Source: Arcobacteraceae bacterium (GTDB lineage Bacteria; Campylobacterota; Campylobacteria; Campylobacterales; Arcobacteraceae). From it: 64,000 nt of DNA. The first letter of the stretch is position 1; each line of letters opens with the position of its first letter. The notes beneath the pieces are model-generated. The model did not search any database. It was not told where the DNA came from and saw nothing but the letters and a program-made list of their open reading frames with translations. Shown here piece after piece: positions 1-12,441 of the stretch. The position numbers and the translations under genes are program-made. The DNA lies in the NCBI GenBank assembly GCA_963662945.1, contig OY759974.1, positions 928,001 to 992,000 of the forward strand, in the 5' to 3' direction.

Positions 1-56
1 GCATCTTTTACATCTTCAAGTTTAAAAGGTTTAATTATTGCTTCTATTTTTTTCAT
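1..56 (-). CDS. glnK: P-II nitrogen regulatory protein (GlnK/GlnB), 5' part only, runs off window edge
   Basis: Minus strand reads MKKIEAIIKPFKLEDVKDA, the canonical PII N-terminus; AAAGGA RBS; directly downstream of amtB. Confidence 0.9.
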   Translation of the reverse strand, partial: MKKIEAIIKPFKLEDVKD

Positions 57-71
57 TGAATATCCTTTCTA

Positions 72-1286
72 TTATGCTTTTTTGAATTCTGGGTAACATT
101 CAAGACCTGTCTCATGAATATCTAAACCATTGATTTCTGTCTCTTCATCTACTCTTAATCCAACGATCATATCTAGTATTTTCCAGATTATGAATGAAAC
201 GATAAATACGAATGCTCCAATTACTACTACACCTTTAAGTTGTGCCATAAATGTTGCACTTTCTGTAAATAATCCTACTGCTAATGTTCCCCAGATACCT
301 GCTACTAAGTGAACTGATAATGCACCAACTGGATCATCTATTCTTAGTTTATCAAAGAAAGGAACTGCTACTACTACTATTAAAGCACCTACTGCACCTA
401 CACCGAATGCGTACATCATACCTGCATCTGGAGCTGCTGTTACAGAAACTAGACCTGCTAATGCACCATTTAATACCATTGTTAAATCAACTTTTTTATA
501 AAGTATTTGAGTTAAGATTGCTGCTACTATTGAACCTGTTGCTGCTGCCATATTTGTATTTGCAACTACCATAGCAATACCAGTAATATCATCTTTAGAA
601 CCTAATGCTAATTGAGAACCACCATTAAATCCGAACCATCCCATCCATAGAATGAATGTACCTAAAGTTGCCAGAGTAAGGTTTGAACCTGGAATTGGTT
701 TTACTTTACCATCTGCTGTATATTTACCTTTTCTTGCACCAATGATTAGAACACCTGCTAAAGCTGCCCAACCACCAACACTGTGAACGATTGTAGAACC
801 AGCGAAGTCAGAGAATCCTGCTAATATACCACCAAGTTCTGATCCACCCCATGTCCAGTGACCTTGTAGAGGATAAATTACACCACTTAAAAGAACAACG
901 AAGATTAGGAATGGCCATAATTTCATTCTTTCTGCTACTGATCCACTAATTACTGAAGCAGCTGTTGCTACGAACATTACTTGGAAGAAGAAATCTGATG
1001 CTTTTGGGTATGTTGCATCTGCTGCATTTGCCATATCTACTACTGATAAGCTTCCCATAAATGCTCCACCTTCTCCATACATTAGGTCATAACCTATGAA
1101 GTAGTACATTATACAACTAATTGAGAACAATGCTAAATTCTTTGTTAAGATTGTTGCATTATTTTTTGATCTTGTAAGACCTGCCTCTAACATCGCGAAT
1201 CCTGCTGCCATCCACATAACTAGTATACCTGAAATAACGAACAAGAATCCATCTAAGATAAACTTGACATCATTGAAATTTTCCAT
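72..1286 (-). CDS. amtB: Ammonium transporter
   Basis: GFAMLEAG, DFAGSTIVHSVGGW, WMGWFGFNGGS and DDPVGALSVH motifs; start moved to ATG 1286 (MENFNDV), which has an AAAGGAG RBS. Confidence 0.96.
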   Translation of the reverse strand: MENFNDVKFILDGFLFVISGILVMWMAAGFAMLEAGLTRSKNNATILTKNLALFSISCIMYYFIGYDLMYGEGGAFMGSLSVVDMANAADATYPKASDFFFQVMFVATAASVISGSVAERMKLWPFLIFVVLLSGVIYPLQGHWTWGGSELGGILAGFSDFAGSTIVHSVGGWAALAGVLIIGARKGKYTADGKVKPIPGSNLTLATLGTFILWMGWFGFNGGSQLALGSKDDITGIAMVVANTNMAAATGSIVAAILTQILYKKVDLTMVLNGALAGLVSVTAAPDAGMMYAFGVGAVGALIVVVAVPFFDKLRIDDPVGALSVHLVAGIWGTLAVGLFTESATFMAQLKGVVVIGAFVFIVSFIIWKILDMIVGLRVDEETEINGLDIHETGLECYPEFKKA

Positions 1287-1355
1287 CTTGGAACTCCTTT
1301 TATTTTTTAACAAAAGAAGTATGACATATTTAGGCTATATTTTCATATTTAATTA

Positions 1356-1372
1356 TGTATATATTATATACA
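1356..1372. promoter_or_regulatory. 17-bp palindrome TGTATA-N5-TATACA, proximal copy upstream of amtB
   Basis: TGTATATATTATATACA; lies upstream of a minus-strand TGtCATACT -10-like element (hexamer at 1318-1323). Confidence 0.55.
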
Positions 1373-1534
1373 ATTAGAAAAATTATTCACAAAAAAGTTA
1401 TTATATTTATAATATTAAAAAAAGATTAGCATTTTGAAAAATATAATCACATAACATATCTAGTATTATGTAAAATTTTCACAAAACAATTCTGCAAAAT
1501 TATATTTATTTTTATTATTCATAAATTTTTTAGT

Positions 1535-1559
1535 CAATTGTATATTATATATACAATTG
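1535..1559. promoter_or_regulatory. Palindrome CAATTGTATA-N5-TATACAATTG, distal copy
   Basis: Perfect 10-bp arms; same core as 1356-1372. Confidence 0.55.
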
Positions 1560-1571
1560 GCTTGTTGACAT

Positions 1572-2204
1572 TTATAATGGTTTAAAAATATTATCATTTC
1601 CATCATAATATTCAATAGAACCATCTTCTATTTTATAATACCATCCGTGTATACCTAAGCTGCCTTCATTCACTTTACGCAATATTTCAGGAAAAGTTAA
1701 TAAATTTTCTAATTGATGTTTTATTGATATTTTTTCAGTAATTCGCAATTTATCTTCTATTGTATGTTTATCTGTAATATTGGATAATGTATACTCTTTT
1801 GCTTTTTTTCCAAGTTCTAACCATTTATGTACATGTATTAAATGTGGTTCATTACTTAAATCTTCATATAAAGCAGCACATGCACCACAATGACTATGTC
1901 CACATACTATTATATCTTTTACATTCAAAACACTTACTGCATATTCTATGGCAGCTGTTGATCCATGAAAATCATTATCATTCTTATAAGGAGGTACAAA
2001 ATTACCAATATTTCGTATTATAAACATATCACCTGGTTTACTATCAACAATTAAATCAGGAACAACTCGGCTATCACTACAACCTATAAATAATACATCT
2101 GGTGATTGTCCATTAGTTACTAAATTCTCAAATTTATTCTCTAAATGAGGAAAATGAGTATCCTTAAATTTTTTATTACCATTTATAAGTTTATTTATTA
2201 GCAT
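1572..2204 (-). CDS. can: Beta-class carbonic anhydrase
   Basis: GCSDSRV, RNIGN and CGHSHCGA zinc-ligand motifs. Confidence 0.93.
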   Translation of the reverse strand: MLINKLINGNKKFKDTHFPHLENKFENLVTNGQSPDVLFIGCSDSRVVPDLIVDSKPGDMFIIRNIGNFVPPYKNDNDFHGSTAAIEYAVSVLNVKDIIVCGHSHCGACAALYEDLSNEPHLIHVHKWLELGKKAKEYTLSNITDKHTIEDKLRITEKISIKHQLENLLTFPEILRKVNEGSLGIHGWYYKIEDGSIEYYDGNDNIFKPL

Positions 2205-2384
2205 TTAATTCCTTTAATCATTTTGATATTATATTAAAAAAGTGATAATAAATTATAAAAGAAAAATATTAATATAATATGAATTAAAAAGAAATCGAAA
2301 AAGATTAACAAAAAAAGAAAATAAAAAAGCCAAAGGAGGCATAAAAGCTTCCAAAAAGAAGTAAAAAAAAGAGACACCTTAAAA

Positions 2385-2500
2385 GTTGGCAGCGACCTAC
2401 GTTTCCACCAGGGGACCCGGCAGTATTATCGGCGATGGAGAGCTTGACTACCAGGTTCGAAATGGGGCTGGGTATTTCCTCTCCTCTATAACCACCAACA
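2385..2500 (-). rRNA. rrf: 5S rRNA
   Basis: Typical 5S sequence with closing stem TGTTGG/CCAAC; downstream of 23S; ends approximate. Confidence 0.93.
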
Positions 2501-2627
2501 TTTAAAATGTCTCATTTAAAAGTTGTGTATAAAGTAATACAGTTAAAGTCTTTGTTCTAAAGTAAAAATACATTCTAAATATATCTTATTACATTTAATA
2601 AGATAGTAAACTAAAGATAATCTTATA

Positions 2628-5508
<2,881 letters not shown>

Positions 5509-5756
5509 GATAAATTAAAGAAGAATTTGTATTATTGCTAATACAGTTCTTTTTTGCTTTGTTATGATTATTCTTTAGCTACTATCTTATTAAATGTAAC
5601 TTCAATAAAATAATATTTAAAATTGTATTTTTATTTTCTTTAGAAAAATAAAGACTTTAACAGTATGTTTTTAAATAACTCTTTGATCTCTTTTGAAATC
5701 AAATATTAATTCTACAATTAGAACTAATATTTAACTTCTTCTGTATCTCTTTCCTA

Positions 5757-5832
5757 TGGTGGAGAATAGCGGGATCGAACCGCTGACCTCCTACGTGCAA
5801 GGCAGGCGCTCTCCCAGCTGAGCTAATTCCCC
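5757..5832 (-). tRNA. tRNA-Ala(TGC)
   Basis: GGGGAATTAGCTCAGCTGGGAGAGCGCCTGCCT-TGC-ACGTAGG...TTCGATCC...CCA. Confidence 0.97.
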
Positions 5833-5833
5833 A

Positions 5834-5910
5834 TGGTGGGCCTAACAGGACTTGAACCTGTGACCTCACGATTATCAGTCGAGCGCTCTAGCCAGCTGAG
5901 CTATAGGCCC
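5834..5910 (-). tRNA. tRNA-Ile(GAT)
   Basis: GGGCCTATAGCTCAGCTGG...CTCGACT-GAT-AATCGTG...TTCAAGT...CCA; 1 nt upstream of tRNA-Ala. Confidence 0.97.
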
Positions 5911-6158
5911 ATGAATACTTAGTTAATAATGATCTCTCATTATTGACTAGGATGTTTTAACATCTTTGTTAATAAATAATGTTCTGTTCTTTTAAGATTA
6001 TTCATATAATCTTTATAAACTAGATAGCAAGATGTCTTTATGAGATTAAAGAACTTTCGTCTCGATGTTGTACTATTTTTTACATCAATTTGTTATATCT
6101 TATTATATAACTTTTTATTCATTGAACTCAACTAAACGAATAGTTAAGTTATATCTTT

Positions 6159-7677
<1,519 letters not shown>

Positions 7678-8031
7678 AATAAGCATTTCTACTTATTGGT
7701 TTGTTTAATCTTGACTTTTAAGTTTTTACCTAAAAATCACTGAATCTATTTAAAGATTCAATTATATTTATTTGTTTTTAGTTTTAAAACTAAAACTCAT
7801 AAAGTTTATAGACGAAGTTTATCAAATATAAATTACTCTATATTTAATTCTTCTTGTATCTAGTTTATAAAGATTACTTCTCAGTAATTTAAATAAACTT
7901 GATTTTATTTATTAACATTATTTTTTTTAAAGAACTTTTCCTAATTAATTTTTCTCTCTTCTTGAAGTTATTGAATCTAAACAACCCGTTTATACTCTCT
8001 TCTTAAAGTGTCTTACTTTAATTGGACGCGA

Positions 8032-8060
8032 ATTATAATAAAATTTTTTGGCTTTGTCAA
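8032..8060 (-). promoter_or_regulatory. sigma70 promoter of the rrn operon
   Basis: TTGACA-17 nt-TATAAT followed by GC-rich discriminator TCGCGTCC; boxA-like GTTCTTTAA near 7930 and in the spacer near 6050. Confidence 0.85.
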
Positions 8061-8131
8061 GAGCTACAGCTTAAGTATTGCTGAAATTTTGAAAAATTTT
8101 TTTTTATAGTACTTTTCACTATATTTTATTA

Positions 8132-8611
8132 CTATAAATCATAATTATCTATATATAATAATATATAAATTCTCTCTCTTTCATCAATATATTTCTTTGT
8201 TTGAACTAATTGTAAATATTCATATATTTTTTCTTGTGATAAATCAGATTGATCTAATTTTTTTTGTAACTCTTTTCTTGCTCTACTTCTTGCTAAATTT
8301 TCTTGGTAGTTTTTACCTTTAAAATGTGTATTAGCTTTTCCCACACCATAATATTGGTAATCAGCACTGTAACCTTTAATCCATAATGGAATAATATTAG
8401 TTGGTTCTTCTTGATCTATATTAGCTTTTAAAAGTCTTTTTATTTTAATATCTGCCAGTGATTCAAATACACCGTGAGGATATTGTTTTTTATATAACTT
8501 CAATAATTCAACATCACCACTATCTTTTACTTCATCCCAAAATAATAACTCTGCTTTATCTGCAAAAAGCATTGTAATTAATATTGTTAAAATAAATATT
8601 GTTTTTTTCAT
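8132..8611 (-). CDS. Exported hypothetical protein with LPP20-like C-terminal domain
   Basis: Signal peptide; P-x-W...YGVG.A...A..RAR.EL pattern; 4-bp overlap with the mutS2 stop. Confidence 0.6.
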   Translation of the reverse strand: MKKTIFILTILITMLFADKAELLFWDEVKDSGDVELLKLYKKQYPHGVFESLADIKIKRLLKANIDQEEPTNIIPLWIKGYSADYQYYGVGKANTHFKGKNYQENLARSRARKELQKKLDQSDLSQEKIYEYLQLVQTKKYIDERERIYILLYIDNYDL

Positions 8612-10812
8612 AGTTTTATAACCTTTGCTCCATACCCACCCTCTTTTGCTGTTGCATCATTATAACTTTTTATACTTGGATGAGTATCTAAAAATTGTTT
8701 CACCGCATAAGCAAGTTTTCCTGTTCCTATTCCATGATATACTAAAACCTCATCAAATCCAGCAATTAAACTATCAGAAAGAAATTTATCTAAATTTTCA
8801 ATAGCTTCTTCTGCTCTTTGCCCATGTAAATCTAACTTCACATGTCCTGTTTGAGGCTTTTGGATATCTATTTTAACATTTTTAGGTTTTACTCTTGGTA
8901 TATTACCACTTCTTTTTAAACTTGATAAAGGAAGTTGTAATTTCATACCATCATTGGTCTCAACCATTGCTTTTTTCCCTTTGATTGATATAATGACACC
9001 TTTTGTATTATTATATTTTACAGTATCTCCAACTTTTAAATCTAATGGTTCTTCTACTTTTTCAACTTTAATTTGCTGTTTTTTTGTATGAACTTTATTT
9101 AAAATTCGATGTTGCTCTTTTGAATCATTTAATTTAACAGCTTTTTTTACTTCTTCAATGGCTTCTTTATATTCTTGTTCTAACTTATTTTTCTTTGCTA
9201 AAACTTCTTTATCTAAATTCTCTTTTTGTTCTTTTAAATTTTGCTCTAGTCTATTATTCTTTTCAATTTTTTCATCAAGTTGTTGTATCTTTTGTTTATA
9301 TTCTCTTTCAAGATCACTACTTCTTTGTATTAAATCATTTAATTTATCTTTATCTTCACCATAAACTTCTTTTGCTTTTTTTACAACACCTACAGGAATA
9401 TTATATCTTTGAGCAGTTTCAAAAGCATAACTTCTCCCGATTGTTCCTTGTAAAAACTCATAAGTTGGTTTTCTATTTTCTTCATCATAAAGTGCAGCTA
9501 TCAAATCTACTTCAGGATTTGAAGCTAATAAAGATGCTAATCTTTTATGATGTGTTGTCACAATGATTTTTATATTTTTACTTATAAGTTCTTCAATGAT
9601 AACTTTAAATAAACTCGCTGCTTCATCACTATCTGTTCCTAACTCAATTTCATCAACACCAACTATTGCATTTTGTTTTGTAAAAAGTTTACTAAACTCA
9701 ACCATACGACCAGCAAATGTTGAAATATCATTTTTCACATTTTGTGGATCATCCAAAATTGCATTGATATCTTTATAACTACCAACAACACTTGATTTAT
9801 CACAACTATATGGAATAAGATATTTTGACATATAAACAGCACTTAAAATTGATTTTAGAAGCATCGTTTTTCCACCAGCATTTACACCAGTAATCATAAT
9901 AACATTTTTCGTGAAATCTACAGTCACACTTTTTGCATGTTCTAACGCAGGATGTTTGAAATTAACTAGTTTTTGTATTTTATTAGCTTTATTTGATGGT
10001 AATATAAAATTAAGATTTTTATGTTTTGCAAAATGTATTCTTGCCTGATAATGGTCATATCTATCAAACTCTTTATTGATAAATCTTAAAAACATAAGAT
10101 GTTTTGATAATAAAAAACTAAATTCTTGAGTGATTTTATAAAGAATTTCATCCTTGAGATTAATCAAATCAGATTGTTTTTGTTTTAATTCACTCACACT
10201 ATGTGGCAATACATAAAAAAATCCACTTTGACTTCTATCTAATACTTTACATTGTAATACATGATTAAATCCAGCTCGTACCATCAAAGTTTGTTCCCCA
10301 TGAACTAAGTGTACTTGATGATCAACTAAATATGGTTGTAAATTTTTACTATTTATTACCCCATAAAGTTTTTGCTTAATAGCATCTCTATTTGTATATA
10401 AACTTTGATTTACCCTATCTAAATCTTCATCAAATCCGGATAACAGTTCACCCTTATCATCAAATGCATAAATAATTTTATCTAATTCATTAGGAATAAT
10501 AATTTTTTCAATCCACGATTCTAATTTTCCACTAAAAGTGAATTTCTTAAGATATGAAAAAAAAGTAATAATTTTTACAAATTCATATATCTCATAGATT
10601 TTTATATTACCTTGCTTTTGCAAATAATTTAATGCACTATCCAAATTATCTATTTTTTGTGGAGTTTTTAACTCAAAATTTTCTAATTCACTTAAAATTG
10701 TATGATGAAGGTTTATATCACCTTCTAAAATAACGCTTTTTTCTCTACAAAACAAAGACTGTAGATTTTCTATATGATTTACTATATCAAGTTTTTTTAC
10801 TAAATTTTCCAA
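8608..10812 (-). CDS. mutS2: Endonuclease MutS2
   Basis: ITGVNAGGKT Walker A, DEIELGTD, TTHH, C-terminal Smr (LDLHG...HGIGTG); TTG start. Confidence 0.95.
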   Translation of the reverse strand: MENLVKKLDIVNHIENLQSLFCREKSVILEGDINLHHTILSELENFELKTPQKIDNLDSALNYLQKQGNIKIYEIYEFVKIITFFSYLKKFTFSGKLESWIEKIIIPNELDKIIYAFDDKGELLSGFDEDLDRVNQSLYTNRDAIKQKLYGVINSKNLQPYLVDHQVHLVHGEQTLMVRAGFNHVLQCKVLDRSQSGFFYVLPHSVSELKQKQSDLINLKDEILYKITQEFSFLLSKHLMFLRFINKEFDRYDHYQARIHFAKHKNLNFILPSNKANKIQKLVNFKHPALEHAKSVTVDFTKNVIMITGVNAGGKTMLLKSILSAVYMSKYLIPYSCDKSSVVGSYKDINAILDDPQNVKNDISTFAGRMVEFSKLFTKQNAIVGVDEIELGTDSDEAASLFKVIIEELISKNIKIIVTTHHKRLASLLASNPEVDLIAALYDEENRKPTYEFLQGTIGRSYAFETAQRYNIPVGVVKKAKEVYGEDKDKLNDLIQRSSDLEREYKQKIQQLDEKIEKNNRLEQNLKEQKENLDKEVLAKKNKLEQEYKEAIEEVKKAVKLNDSKEQHRILNKVHTKKQQIKVEKVEEPLDLKVGDTVKYNNTKGVIISIKGKKAMVETNDGMKLQLPLSSLKRSGNIPRVKPKNVKIDIQKPQTGHVKLDLHGQRAEEAIENLDKFLSDSLIAGFDEVLVYHGIGTGKLAYAVKQFLDTHPSIKSYNDATAKEGGYGAKVIKL

Positions 10813-11824
10813 TGTTCAACTTCGGCTTTATAATTTTTTTCTCTGGTATTTGTTTTTGTTTTGAATTTCTAAGTTCTGTATCTAGATTAATCTCTTCTCC
10901 AAATACTTCTCTTTCTTTAAATTCTTCAACTAAAGATTCCAACAATTTTATACTAAATTCTGGTATATAATTATTTATTTTATAACTTTCTTCACTTATT
11001 GTTAGAATCTTAACATCTTTATTGCTATCAATATCATTTTGATAAACATATCCATAACTTTTTCTGATTTTTAACAACTCTTCTTTTATCGCTGGATGTA
11101 AATAATATAGTTTTGACATATTCGTTTCTATTCTATAGTTACTATTGTCAAAATCTATTAACTCCCATTTTAGATTAAGTATCTTTTTTTTCTTTTTACC
11201 ATGTATTAAAAAAAGAAAAAATGATATTACAAGCGGTTTGTTATGAAATAAAATATTAACAACATCATATATTTCTGTTATTTTTTCTTGTATCAATTTA
11301 ACATATTGTTTTTCTTGTGCATATTTGAAATTAAGTTTTTTACAAGGACTCAATAGAATTAAATTTTTTTGTACTGCATAATCAAAAACGCGTATTATAA
11401 AATCAGAGGTTATTTTATAAACACTCAATTTAAAATGATTTTGTTGTTTACTGAAAATATGTTTAATATCTTCTTCTGTAATAACTTCAATAGGAATCAT
11501 ACCTAAATAATTTTTAATATATTTTTCATAATATCTTTTTTCTATAAAATCAGCAACATCATGAAACTCAACATATTTACTAATAAAATCATCAAATGTT
11601 AATTGTTCTTTTTGTATTAATTGTTTATTCTTGTTTTTTTCTTTTTGTAATGTAGCTTTTGCTACTGATATTTTCATGTCAGAAGTCCACTTTTTTTGTG
11701 AAAAATCTAATGTACCTTCTATATACTCATCTAAATCTTTAAACTTATAATAAAAGAGGGAAGTGTTTTCATCACACCACAACTCTTCAGTTAATTGCTT
11801 AGTAAAATATGATTTATTATCCAT
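10787..11824 (-). CDS. Tyrosine-recombinase/phage-integrase-like protein lacking catalytic residues
   Basis: Integrase-like segments (Y.K.YLG.IPI..IT..DI; FDYAV..NLI..SPC; LIHG....ILNLKW..IDF), but box I Arg reads K and no HxxR or catalytic Tyr region is seen. Confidence 0.7.
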   Translation of the reverse strand: MDNKSYFTKQLTEELWCDENTSLFYYKFKDLDEYIEGTLDFSQKKWTSDMKISVAKATLQKEKNKNKQLIQKEQLTFDDFISKYVEFHDVADFIEKRYYEKYIKNYLGMIPIEVITEEDIKHIFSKQQNHFKLSVYKITSDFIIRVFDYAVQKNLILLSPCKKLNFKYAQEKQYVKLIQEKITEIYDVVNILFHNKPLVISFFLFLIHGKKKKKILNLKWELIDFDNSNYRIETNMSKLYYLHPAIKEELLKIRKSYGYVYQNDIDSNKDVKILTISEESYKINNYIPEFSIKLLESLVEEFKEREVFGEEINLDTELRNSKQKQIPEKKIIKPKLNIGKFSKKT

Positions 11825-11834
11825 TTTTATTTAA

Positions 11835-12440
11835 TTAATCTTTATTCTTATTAATAAAAATTGCTAAAGAAACTCTATCTTTCACTTTTAATTTTGTAAA
11901 TATATTACCAATATGTTTTTTTACAGTTACCAACTGTATATCTAATTGCTTAGATATCTCTTTATTCGAATCTCCCTTAGCAACCAACTGAGCAACTTCT
12001 AATTCTTTTGATGAAAGCACTGATAATTTCTTTTTATCTATTTGTTTTTCCGTATCAACAGTTATATTTTTTATTATATAATTCATCAATTCTGGATAAA
12101 GCCAAACATTTCCTTCTTGGACAGTTTTTAAAACTTCTTTTACAATAATCTTACTTGTTTTTTTACCAATATAACTCTTGCATCCTTTTTTGATCATCAA
12201 AGTACCATGAGCTAATCTTGGTACTTCTACTAAAGCTATAATATTTAATAATTTGGATACATTATCAATGTAAAAAAGTGTTTGTTCAACTGTTTTAAAA
12301 TTATCTAGGTCTAGAACTAAAATATCATTAGTTTGAAAATTCTTCTCGTCTAGATAAAAATCTTCTTCAACCACTCTTGCTTCAAACTCATTTGTCCAAT
12401 AATTTTTGATGATTTCTTGTTGTGAATAAATATAAATCAT
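11835..12440 (-). CDS. LuxR/NarL-family response regulator (atypical receiver)
   Basis: C-terminal LSSKELEVAQLVAKGDSNKEIS..L.I...TVKKHIGNIFTKL HTH; N-terminal receiver-like ILVLD. Confidence 0.9.
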   Translation of the reverse strand: MIYIYSQQEIIKNYWTNEFEARVVEEDFYLDEKNFQTNDILVLDLDNFKTVEQTLFYIDNVSKLLNIIALVEVPRLAHGTLMIKKGCKSYIGKKTSKIIVKEVLKTVQEGNVWLYPELMNYIIKNITVDTEKQIDKKKLSVLSSKELEVAQLVAKGDSNKEISKQLDIQLVTVKKHIGNIFTKLKVKDRVSLAIFINKNKD

Positions 12441-12441
12441 T

